From a virus (taxonomy: Duplodnaviria; Caudoviricetes), in IMG/VR virus record IMGVR_UViG_3300042402_002579, positions 1,937-65,936 of that record: a stretch of 64,000 nt of DNA; one strand, given 5' to 3'. This document shows, piece by piece, positions 45,965 to 55,571 of the stretch (within the stretch, counting starts at the first letter, position 1; every line of letters starts with the position of its first letter). Both the position numbers and the translations under genes were made by a program. Under the pieces are notes generated by a model. It saw only the letters and a list, made by a program, of their open reading frames with translations, made no database searches and had not been told where the DNA came from.

Positions 45965-46248
45965 TATTTGCTCACAGGTAAATCTGTGTCAGCAGGCATA
46001 TCCCAAATCTTTTTCTGTTCAACACCCTTACGTTGAGCAAATCGTTTGGCGTCACACGAACCACACACGTGAAAATAGTTGTTACTGAGTCTTTTTCGAT
46101 CAATTGATCGTAGATCTCTGTTGAACTTTTGATCGCAGTTGTCACAGAGAAACTCAACCACAGTTTTTTCTCTAGTAAATGTGTGAACAAGTCCTAGTTT
46201 GCTGTATCTTTGATATTGATTTAACTGTTTTTGTGTTCTTAGAAACAT
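45961..46248 (-). CDS. small zinc-binding hypothetical protein
   Basis: CDNC and CGSC pairs; TAAATA 4 nt upstream. Confidence 0.7.
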   Translation of the reverse strand: MFLRTQKQLNQYQRYSKLGLVHTFTREKTVVEFLCDNCDQKFNRDLRSIDRKRLSNNYFHVCGSCDAKRFAQRKGVEQKKIWDMPADTDLPVSKY

Positions 46249-46318
46249 CTAGTATTTACATTAGGCTTATAAAATTTTGAGCTAAATATTGTAGAAACTT
46301 TATTTCTTAGGATATACT

Positions 46319-49300
46319 ATGGCAAGAAAACCCGTTGACATCGGTGCGTTAGGCAATGACGGCACCGGAGATAGCATCCGCGATGCTTTTAGAAAGGTAA
46401 ATGACAACTTCCAAGAACTCTACGGTAGTCTAGGTCTCGGAGAAAGACTGTCTTTTCGTGGGTTAGACGAAACTCCAGATTCATATGAAGGACAGGAAAA
46501 TTCTGTTCTTGCAGTAAATGCCAATCAATCTGCTATGGTGTTTAAGCGCATACAGGGCGGCTCCGGTATAACCATTACCAATACTGCTACACAAATTAAT
46601 ATTGCTTCTCAGTTTGCTTCAATTTCCGGTGATCCTGACCCACAGTTAGGAGGAAATCTTTCAGCGCAATTTGGTGGACAACAGTTTAGAATTCTAGATC
46701 TAGCCACCCCAACAGCATCTAGCGAAGCTGCAAACAAAAGCTATACAGATACCAAAATATCTCTAGCTGGTATAGATGCCATTGACCCAGCTGGAAATGT
46801 AGCTACTTCTGCTTTTGGAACTATGACAGGTCCTTTAATTCTATCAAGGGATCCACAGACCAGCGACGACGAAACATACGGCGGATTAATTGCTGCCACC
46901 AAAAGATATGTCGATGCTTCTGCATTTGGCAGTGTGGCAAATTTATACGTGGCAAAATCTGGTGAAGATGCAAGGGTAGGAGTCAGCGACGAACTGCAAG
47001 GTCGTGCATTGGCCTATGCATATCTCACTGTAGAAGCCGCATTGAAACGTGCTGAAGAATTAATAAACGACAGCAGGCTGGAAATTGGTCCGTACAGAAA
47101 AGTATTAACCTACGATGATGGTCAAGAAGATTGTACATTGTCAAAAATTGAACCGTCTCCTTTGTCTGGAATAGATTTTGCAGGCGATACCTATGTCAGT
47201 ATCAGCAGTTCTGAGATAAATTTTGGTGGTACATTATATCTACCCGGAGATATTATTTCTATATCTGGCGGTATTGGATCAGCAGCAAGATTTGAAGTAC
47301 TCAGTGTTGATGCCTTTGAGGGCAGCAGCGGTAGAGGCACAGTGTTAACTTATAAAACTCTCAGTGCTGGCAAGTATAGTTCATTACCGGGAAGTCTTGG
47401 AGCCAGTTTTAGAACTGTGACTACCACAGCTACCAACAGCACTGGCGGATCAACCATAGGCACTGGAGCAACATTTAAAGTTACATTTAATGTAAACAGC
47501 GTGGAAATAACAGACGGGGGTTCAGGATACACTCTGGTCAGTGTGAGATTTACAGGGGGTGGCGGAACCGGCGCATTCGGTACTGCTACTGTAGTCGGTG
47601 GTGCTATTGACACCATAACAATTACTGACCGAGGAACAGGATTTTACAGTGCTATACCTACCTGTGTAGTAGATTTACCTAGATTTTTTATCTTCACTAA
47701 TGGCTTGCGAACTGACTTCACTGGTAATGTATTAACCAATGATCCTACAGCAATTCGAGGCAGAGATATTAGAGAAGGACTGTATCTTTTTGGAGAAACG
47801 TCAGGAGCATTGGCACAGATTCTAGCACACTCGGGTGAACTTGATATGTCTTCACCCGGTTCGCCCAATGACGAACTTTTTGACGTAGACATTGTGTATG
47901 GCAGTTTTATACCAGGTGAAAAAATATCATATGGCGATATTTCTAGAAACACACAGATTTCAGTGTTTATTGAATCCGGTATATATGAAGAAAATTTACC
48001 TTTAAAAATACCACAAAACGTGGCCGTAATAGGAGACGAATTTAGAAGAACCATAATTCGACCCAAGCCCGGAGTCAGTACCAGTCCCTGGGCGTTTACC
48101 AACTTTAGACGAGATCGTGTCATAGACGGCTTGCAAACTTCTGTACAACTTTTTGGTCATCATTACCTCGAAGACCCTACACAGCCAGTTTATCCTTATC
48201 AAAACAACAAAGGTAGTTTTACTTCAGCAGCCCAGCTGTTGTCACTTAATAAAATTTTTATTCAAAACGAAGTCATAGGTTGGATTGAATATCAGATTGA
48301 CAATAACATTGCCCCGTTTACGTCTGCTTTTGTGTATAATGCCAACACCTGCAAGCGGGATGTAGGGCTAATTGTTGATGCATTAACGTTTGATTTAAAG
48401 TATGGAGGCTATGACCGAACCGTTTCTGCCGCATTAAAATATAGAAGTAACCCTAGTGGACTGATAGCAATTACCACACAGCTTGATGAAACCAAAGCGG
48501 CTATTAATAGAATCGATTTCCTAGCTCAACGAATCATACAAAACATAGATATCACAGGAACATTCACAACTTCTACACAGATTGCCGATGCAGCCTATCA
48601 AGCAGAAACAGGCAGCGGCGGAATAGCAATCAACATCACGGCAATTACTCTATCTAATCCAGTTCGACTGACTGTGTCAAGCGTTCATACCTATGCTGAC
48701 AAAGAAAAAATTGTAATCACAGGAATCAACGCACTAAGCACGGCTCAACTAAATGGCAATACCTATTATGTCAAACGAGTCAGCGGAGCTGGCAACGGCA
48801 ATAAGATAGATCTGTATTCTGATTTTGATCTTACAACTTCAGTAGACGGCACTGCATTTACTCCTTATATAAACGGTTCAGGGGGAACAGTGACTCCTCA
48901 GGGAGGAACTATTGGCATATTGATAGATGTTATGATTGACATCTTAGAAGATGATACTGCTGCTAACTATCCAAAAGACAACAGAGATCTTGATGTGTTT
49001 CTGTGCAATGATGCGGTAATTGGCAGAGCAATGACCCTACAAGGCCACGGCGGGTTTGGTGTAGTGCTTGATCCGCAAGGACAGATATTGGCCAAATCTC
49101 CCTACTTTCAAGAAGGTGCAGTTTTTAGTCGCAGCACTGGCTATCAGAAATTCACAGGCGGAATGTTTGTAGATGGCTTCACTGGAAATTTACAGTTTAG
49201 AATTACCAGCAAAACTTCAAATACTAGAATCAACGTATCCGGACTATTGCGAGCTCCCCAACTGCCCTGCAGTTTTATTGTTAGCGATGTTGTCTATAGA

Positions 49301-52300
49301 ATAAATTACCTAAGACAGTTTATCTATAATCCAGCAGGATCAACTGCACAATTTGAATTAGATGAAACTACTCCTTATACTGCTGCGGTTGGCACAGTGG
49401 TATGCACATTTTCTGGGGCACCTAGTACTGCTACTATAACTTCAGCAGGCCATGCTCTTCAGGCTGGTGCAACCTTAAGATTTACTTCTTCAAATACTTT
49501 ACCTGGAGGACTAGATCCAGACTTGGATTATTATGTTCTACAGGCTGGAAAAACAGCAAACACATTTAGAATATCTGATCAACCAGACGGATCACCGTTG
49601 AGTTTTACAACCAACGGATCTGGAACCGTGCGTTACGAAAGAATTTACGAAGTTATCATGCCTGGCAATCGTTCAATGCTGAGTAACGACTTTACACAGG
49701 TTTGTGACATGGGCTACGGGCTGGTTGCCACCAACGGCGGTCTTACTGAAGCTGTTTCCATGTTTACCTATTACTGTCATATTTCTTATTATTCCATTAA
49801 CGGAGCACAGATAAGAAGCGTAGGTGGATCCAGCGCACACGGTAATTTTGCTCTAGTTGCAGAAGGAGCAGACCCCTTAGAAGTTCCAACTCCTGTTTCA
49901 ATCTATCATGATCTAGGACAGGTACTTACTGTGGTTGCTACTCCGTCAACAAATGCCAATACCGCAGGCGGCTCAACGTTGACTGTGACGTGGAGTGATC
50001 ATCTACCATTACCAGGTACTGAATTAGAAATCAATCACAACGGCAGTATTCAGCGTTACAGCGTTTCTACTGTGACTTCAGTGAATGCTGGAACAAAACT
50101 TGCAAGATTAAATATTGCCACGTCTGGTGGTCTGCAACAGAGCGTGGCCAACGGTACAAAAGTTATTGTTCGAGCTAATTCATATGTGGTACTAACCGGC
50201 GATGTGGTTGACGTTGCTACTAGACCTAGTACTGCTTTGAGACTAATAGACAGCAGCGATGTCTATCGTGTATTGGATTTTGCAGAATATGGCCCAAGTT
50301 ATGACCTAGAAATATTCACAGTAACTGGGATGACTATAGCTGCTGAATGCGTAATTACCACTAGCATAAATCATCGTCAGCAGGTTGGTTACCAAGTGGT
50401 GTTTTTTAGATCCGTTGTTGGAGACACAGTACCTACACCAATTGATGCCAATCTTGATCCTGATCTGTCCACCATATACTATGTTACAGAAGTTGTTGGC
50501 GACACACAGTTTAAGATTTCAGCAGTAGACGGTGGTACTCCCGTAAACACTTCAGCCAGTGTGGCCACTCTATCTGGTACAGTAATCATGCGTCCATATG
50601 GACTGGCATTGACTCAGCTGAGAGAAAACTACAACTATGTTGAGCTAGGTGTGTATAGTGTACAACCTTTCTTGCTGCCAAGCCCCCCGACTTGTACAAT
50701 CACTCCAGGCAGTCCTGGCGAAGTAAATCTAAGTACTCATGGATTCCTTCCAGGCACACAGATTAAATTCCAAACTTCAAATACTTTGCCTAGCGGATTG
50801 ACTGCAGATACCTACTATTGGGTGGTAACTAAAGATCTCAGTGCCGGTACTTTTAAAATTTCAACTGTTGCTCCGATCGACAGCACAATGATCGGTATAG
50901 GAGGCACACTCAGCGGCAATAGTATTTCGGGATTAAATGCTACCAATAATATAACTGTGGGATCTCGACTGGTTCCAAGAGCTAACATTACTTCAGTAAC
51001 TGGAGTCAGCACTGGAACTACGGCCACATTGACTTTTGCACAGCAGATTCGTCCCCCATATCTTGTTGGACAAAGTATCACAGTCAGCGGATTTAGTGGC
51101 GGAGATGTCAGCCTCAATGGTACAAAAACTGTAATTTCCTGTACAACTACCACAGTGACATATGCCAACGCTGTGGTAATAGCTTCAGCCAGTGGTGGTA
51201 CTATTGCTGTAGTTGCTACAGGTAGTCTAGGCACAGATCCAGTAGTAGCTACTATTGTTAACACTACTACAATAACTATAACATCTACTAGTCCGTCAAA
51301 TGGTTCAGTGGTGTTTGACATTGAAGGGCTTGAACATAACATTACTACTGCAGGGACAGGAACACTGCAAGTTGGAAAAGTAATTGGTGGACAAACCAGT
51401 ACTACACTTGCAATTTCAGATCTTCCAGGAACCGATATTACCAGAATCAATAACGGTATTGCTTCAGGAGACTTTTATCTATTTTTACATGAAGGAACAA
51501 CATACTCTGTAACACAGTTACAAACTAAAGCTCAATTGGGATTGCCCTATGGTCTAATAACTGTGTCCCCAGCTTTCGATATCAGTGCTGTTTCGTTTAA
51601 TTCAAGTGTCACTTACAAGGCAGGTATACCAGTTTATTCTCCGTATGCTGTAGGTACCCTTACCATTAGAATTGCGTTGACACGAGTAACTTCACATGAC
51701 CTGTTAGAGATAGGTACTGGCAGTTATGCAGATACCAACTATCCAAATGAAATCTACGGACCACCAGTTAATTCTATCAATAATGTTCCAGTCTCGTCAA
51801 CTACACAGGACAACGACGGAAATACCATACTGCGAGCACAAACACAAGAACGGGGATCTGGTAGGGTGTTCTTTGTTACCACTGACCAATTTGGTAATTT
51901 TAATGTAGGCCCATTTTTCAAAGTGGATCAGGGAACAGGAACTGTAACTTTTGCTGCATCGCTATCACTGAGTCAACTTGACGGCCTGGGATTCAAACGT
52001 GGAACCACTATCAGTGAATTCTCCAACGAGGACAGCATGAGTGATCCTCAGCAAGACACTGTGCCTACAGAAGCTGCTGTAGTTGGCTATATTGAGCGTA
52101 GATTGGGAACATTTGCTGCATCTGGAAATGCAGTACCTGAAGCTAGTAGAATCCCAGTGAACGGCGGGTTTATGGCGCTGAGTGGTGCGTTAAACTGGTT
52201 AGGTCCAAATCCCATGGACATGAACAACTATCGTACTATAAATCTAGCTGACCCAACAGGGCCTCAAGATGCTGTAAATTTACGTAGTTTGACCTTGGAT

Positions 52301-53860
52301 AACTTTGTTGATTTTGATCTAGTAAATGCACGTGGTGGTGATCTACTTGTGTTTACTGGAGTAGGTGCAGGAGTTGAAAATGCAGAAGTTTCTTCACTGG
52401 GAGATATTATTCTAGGACTGGACAGTACTGCACATACTGTGAGCTTGACTGTACAAAATGATAAAATAGTGAACTCGCAGATAAATTCTGCAGCAGCTAT
52501 TGAGCAATCAAAACTGGCTTTGGAAAATGCCTATGTTACTAAAACATCTAGCTATGCGGTTACTGCGACAGGAACTGGCTCTACTGCAACACTGACCTTT
52601 GGTGCAGTGTTTACTGCTGCTCCTTTTGTTGCTGGCAACAAGATCACAGTAAGTGGGTTGTCTATAGCTGGATATAATGGTACACATACTGTTGTTACCT
52701 GTAGTGCTACAACATTGACCTATAGCAGCACTGCTAGTGGATCTGCATCCGGTGGTACAGTTAGCCCAGTAAAAGGTATAGCTGTATTTGATTCTGATCA
52801 ATTTACCACAGTTGACGGGTTTGCCAGTTTAAAAGCCAACGGAGTAGCTGTTGGAAAAATTGCAGAGATTTCAGCAAAAAGTGCTTTAGCAAATAACACC
52901 GCTGGAGTTGCTAGTGTGTCTGCTGTAGCGTTTACTACTATTGTGGATGAAGGCGACGCAATTAAAAAGAATCAATTTACCACTCAGGGATTCTTGCGTA
53001 GAAAAGAACTTTCTACTACCAACACCGAAGACATTGATTACGAAGTTGTAGCAGGAGTTGACAATGCAGGTACTGCTAGTAGTGTAGTGTTGCGAGATAG
53101 CAGCGGAAACATAACAGTCAACAGACTTCGTCTAATGGATAATCCTGGTTCAACACCAACTGTTGCCAAGACTGTAATGGAAATGGACGTTGCTGGAAGC
53201 TATACTAAAATCTATGGTTATCTAGGAAATACTGCCAGCCCCGGAGCGGTGTATATTGGTGACGGTGTAGCCAGCATCAGCAAGAAAACATTGTTCTACA
53301 ATGAGAACCATATTTTCTATACACAAAACGGATTGAGCAAGTCACCGATTCAAACCGGAAGTGTAACTGCAGAAGGCACAGTAACTACTACTGGATTGAT
53401 AGCAGGCGGTGGCGGTGGCACAGCTACAGTATCTGGTATATGGACTCTTAACGTTGGAGCAAGATTCCAGGCAACATACTCAGCTGACTTGGCTGAGTAT
53501 TATGAAGGTGATCTTGAATACGCTGTTGGTACTGTGCTGGTGTTTGGAGGAGACAAAGAAGTTACTGTTTCAAACAGTCAGGCAGATTATCGTGTTGCTG
53601 GAATTGTGAGTGACAACGCTGGTTATGTAATGAACGGTGCTTGTCCTGGACTTAAAAACTTGATAGCATTACAGGGTCGTGTACCTTGTCGTGTAGTTGG
53701 TAAGATAGCAAAAGGAGATTTAATGGTAACATCTAACATTGCTGGTGTTGCGATTTCTGCAAAAGGATCGGCACAAACAGGAACTGTTATTGGTAAAGCT
53801 CTTGAAAGTTATGATTCAGATCATATAGGCACCATTGAGATTGCCGTGGGGAGAGCATAA
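46319..53860 (+). CDS. giant virion structural protein (baseplate/fibre-type), 2513 aa
   Basis: N-terminal GNDGTGDSIRDAF.KVN.NF.ELY, repeated beta-rich modules, C-terminal ADLAEYY...GRVP..V.G...GD..V (chaperone/autocleavage-like). Confidence 0.85.
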   Translation: MARKPVDIGALGNDGTGDSIRDAFRKVNDNFQELYGSLGLGERLSFRGLDETPDSYEGQENSVLAVNANQSAMVFKRIQGGSGITITNTATQINIASQFASISGDPDPQLGGNLSAQFGGQQFRILDLATPTASSEAANKSYTDTKISLAGIDAIDPAGNVATSAFGTMTGPLILSRDPQTSDDETYGGLIAATKRYVDASAFGSVANLYVAKSGEDARVGVSDELQGRALAYAYLTVEAALKRAEELINDSRLEIGPYRKVLTYDDGQEDCTLSKIEPSPLSGIDFAGDTYVSISSSEINFGGTLYLPGDIISISGGIGSAARFEVLSVDAFEGSSGRGTVLTYKTLSAGKYSSLPGSLGASFRTVTTTATNSTGGSTIGTGATFKVTFNVNSVEITDGGSGYTLVSVRFTGGGGTGAFGTATVVGGAIDTITITDRGTGFYSAIPTCVVDLPRFFIFTNGLRTDFTGNVLTNDPTAIRGRDIREGLYLFGETSGALAQILAHSGELDMSSPGSPNDELFDVDIVYGSFIPGEKISYGDISRNTQISVFIESGIYEENLPLKIPQNVAVIGDEFRRTIIRPKPGVSTSPWAFTNFRRDRVIDGLQTSVQLFGHHYLEDPTQPVYPYQNNKGSFTSAAQLLSLNKIFIQNEVIGWIEYQIDNNIAPFTSAFVYNANTCKRDVGLIVDALTFDLKYGGYDRTVSAALKYRSNPSGLIAITTQLDETKAAINRIDFLAQRIIQNIDITGTFTTSTQIADAAYQAETGSGGIAINITAITLSNPVRLTVSSVHTYADKEKIVITGINALSTAQLNGNTYYVKRVSGAGNGNKIDLYSDFDLTTSVDGTAFTPYINGSGGTVTPQGGTIGILIDVMIDILEDDTAANYPKDNRDLDVFLCNDAVIGRAMTLQGHGGFGVVLDPQGQILAKSPYFQEGAVFSRSTGYQKFTGGMFVDGFTGNLQFRITSKTSNTRINVSGLLRAPQLPCSFIVSDVVYRINYLRQFIYNPAGSTAQFELDETTPYTAAVGTVVCTFSGAPSTATITSAGHALQAGATLRFTSSNTLPGGLDPDLDYYVLQAGKTANTFRISDQPDGSPLSFTTNGSGTVRYERIYEVIMPGNRSMLSNDFTQVCDMGYGLVATNGGLTEAVSMFTYYCHISYYSINGAQIRSVGGSSAHGNFALVAEGADPLEVPTPVSIYHDLGQVLTVVATPSTNANTAGGSTLTVTWSDHLPLPGTELEINHNGSIQRYSVSTVTSVNAGTKLARLNIATSGGLQQSVANGTKVIVRANSYVVLTGDVVDVATRPSTALRLIDSSDVYRVLDFAEYGPSYDLEIFTVTGMTIAAECVITTSINHRQQVGYQVVFFRSVVGDTVPTPIDANLDPDLSTIYYVTEVVGDTQFKISAVDGGTPVNTSASVATLSGTVIMRPYGLALTQLRENYNYVELGVYSVQPFLLPSPPTCTITPGSPGEVNLSTHGFLPGTQIKFQTSNTLPSGLTADTYYWVVTKDLSAGTFKISTVAPIDSTMIGIGGTLSGNSISGLNATNNITVGSRLVPRANITSVTGVSTGTTATLTFAQQIRPPYLVGQSITVSGFSGGDVSLNGTKTVISCTTTTVTYANAVVIASASGGTIAVVATGSLGTDPVVATIVNTTTITITSTSPSNGSVVFDIEGLEHNITTAGTGTLQVGKVIGGQTSTTLAISDLPGTDITRINNGIASGDFYLFLHEGTTYSVTQLQTKAQLGLPYGLITVSPAFDISAVSFNSSVTYKAGIPVYSPYAVGTLTIRIALTRVTSHDLLEIGTGSYADTNYPNEIYGPPVNSINNVPVSSTTQDNDGNTILRAQTQERGSGRVFFVTTDQFGNFNVGPFFKVDQGTGTVTFAASLSLSQLDGLGFKRGTTISEFSNEDSMSDPQQDTVPTEAAVVGYIERRLGTFAASGNAVPEASRIPVNGGFMALSGALNWLGPNPMDMNNYRTINLADPTGPQDAVNLRSLTLDNFVDFDLVNARGGDLLVFTGVGAGVENAEVSSLGDIILGLDSTAHTVSLTVQNDKIVNSQINSAAAIEQSKLALENAYVTKTSSYAVTATGTGSTATLTFGAVFTAAPFVAGNKITVSGLSIAGYNGTHTVVTCSATTLTYSSTASGSASGGTVSPVKGIAVFDSDQFTTVDGFASLKANGVAVGKIAEISAKSALANNTAGVASVSAVAFTTIVDEGDAIKKNQFTTQGFLRRKELSTTNTEDIDYEVVAGVDNAGTASSVVLRDSSGNITVNRLRLMDNPGSTPTVAKTVMEMDVAGSYTKIYGYLGNTASPGAVYIGDGVASISKKTLFYNENHIFYTQNGLSKSPIQTGSVTAEGTVTTTGLIAGGGGGTATVSGIWTLNVGARFQATYSADLAEYYEGDLEYAVGTVLVFGGDKEVTVSNSQADYRVAGIVSDNAGYVMNGACPGLKNLIALQGRVPCRVVGKIAKGDLMVTSNIAGVAISAKGSAQTGTVIGKALESYDSDHIGTIEIAVGRA

Positions 53861-55560
53861 TGTCACAACAAAATATACAACCAGGATCTGCTCCTTTACT
53901 TTGGAGTACGGTAGATGAAGCATTTAATAGAATTAATTCTAATTTTACCGAACTCTATCTTACCATAAGTGCCGGTAGTTCTGGCGCAGTGGATCTAACA
54001 AATTTAACTTCCAGTCTTGTGCCAGCCACTTCAGGGACCTACGATCTTGGATCTAGCACAAGAAGATGGAAAGATCTATATCTCAACGGTACCAGTATTG
54101 ATCTAGGAGGAGCACCGATTACTAGTACAGATGGCGTTACAGTTAATTTGCCAGTAGGATCTACTGTGGGAAATATACTGATAAGAAATCCTTCTGAAAG
54201 TAATTTTTCTTTTGTTGCTGTTGCTGGACAATCAAATATACAGGCCAGTGGCTTTTCCGATACATTAACTGTGGCTTCTGGAAATGTTGGCATATCACTA
54301 GCAACAACGCCCGGAACAAACACATTGAGTATTTCCAATGCTGGGGTTACTTCTCTGACAGGAACAGTTGGTCAAATTGGAGTTAGCGGCGGTACTGGTG
54401 CAGTTACACTGACCAATCTTGGAGTTATTTCTCTAGCAGGCACTGCTGGACAGATTGGTGTTAGTACTAGTACTGGTGCAGTTACACTGACCAATCTTGG
54501 AGTTACACGAGTGGTTTCGGGTAATGCAGGTATAACGGTAAACGCAACTGGTCCAAGTGGAACTGGTGTAATTACCATTACATCAAATGCAATTCAACCA
54601 ACTTTTAAAACTGTTGCCACTGCTGCTGTAGGGCAATCGTCATTTAACGCTGTATCCACAGCTGATACTCTAACCATTAACGGCGCAGGAACAGTTACAG
54701 TAACTACTAATCCTGGCACTAAAACACTGACTCTTACAGGCAGTTCTACGTTTGATTTGCGAGGATCAGTGTTTGCAGATGATTCAACCTTGTTGGTAGA
54801 CGCTACTGATGGTGTGCTTAGAGGAACACTGATTGGTACAGTGGTTGGTGAGTTAAAAGGTTCAGTGTTCGGGGATGACAGTTCAACATTAGTGGATGCT
54901 GTAAACGGATATATCTATGGTAATGTTTCAGCTACAACATTAAGAACCAGTGAAGCTAGAATATCACTAGGCAGTGGAGCAGGCAGTGCTACGGCCGGTA
55001 CAGCTATTGCAATCGGTCAAGATTCTGGAAATTCTAATCAGTCTAGTACAGGACTTGGTATAGGATTTAGGGCAGCTCAAACTGATCAGGGAACAAATGC
55101 TATTGCCATTGGCACTCAAGCTGGTCGAACTACTCAAGGGGCAAATGCTATTGCTATTGGTAGACAAGCCGGCGAAACCAGTCAACACGCTAACTCAATT
55201 ATTTTAAATGCCACTGGTACAGCTTTGAACAGTGATGGCACAGGTAGATTCTTTGTTGACCCTGTCAGGACCAGTAGCGCCGGTGCTCCGTTAATATATA
55301 ATTCAACCACCAAAGAAATTACCTACAGCAACGTATTAGAATTTATCAACAGCACTATCAGCACCAGCGACTCTAGCGGATTGATAGTGGATGTACAGAC
55401 TACATTCAATACCGATGTAACTTTTGACAACGACATAACTGTAAAAGAACGATTAACAGTTAAAGGCAGCAGAGTTATTACGTTAAGTGAAATAAAGTCT
55501 ATTGTAGCAGCAAGCTCGAGCTTTGCTGATTTCCAGACAAGAATGGCAGCAGCGACATAA
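53860..55560 (+). CDS. fibre-like virion protein
   Basis: AF..IN.NF.ELY head, GVxSL repeats, GSVFxDDS repeats, YadA-like AIAIG..AG repeats. Confidence 0.8.
   Translation: MSQQNIQPGSAPLLWSTVDEAFNRINSNFTELYLTISAGSSGAVDLTNLTSSLVPATSGTYDLGSSTRRWKDLYLNGTSIDLGGAPITSTDGVTVNLPVGSTVGNILIRNPSESNFSFVAVAGQSNIQASGFSDTLTVASGNVGISLATTPGTNTLSISNAGVTSLTGTVGQIGVSGGTGAVTLTNLGVISLAGTAGQIGVSTSTGAVTLTNLGVTRVVSGNAGITVNATGPSGTGVITITSNAIQPTFKTVATAAVGQSSFNAVSTADTLTINGAGTVTVTTNPGTKTLTLTGSSTFDLRGSVFADDSTLLVDATDGVLRGTLIGTVVGELKGSVFGDDSSTLVDAVNGYIYGNVSATTLRTSEARISLGSGAGSATAGTAIAIGQDSGNSNQSSTGLGIGFRAAQTDQGTNAIAIGTQAGRTTQGANAIAIGRQAGETSQHANSIILNATGTALNSDGTGRFFVDPVRTSSAGAPLIYNSTTKEITYSNVLEFINSTISTSDSSGLIVDVQTTFNTDVTFDNDITVKERLTVKGSRVITLSEIKSIVAASSSFADFQTRMAAAT
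54392..54505 (+). repeat. 36-nt exact direct repeat, 78-nt period (intragenic)
   Basis: GTACTGGTGCAGTTACACTGACCAATCTTGGAGTTA at 54392-54427 and 54470-54505. Confidence 0.9.
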
Positions 55561-55571
55561 CGGAGCGATAA

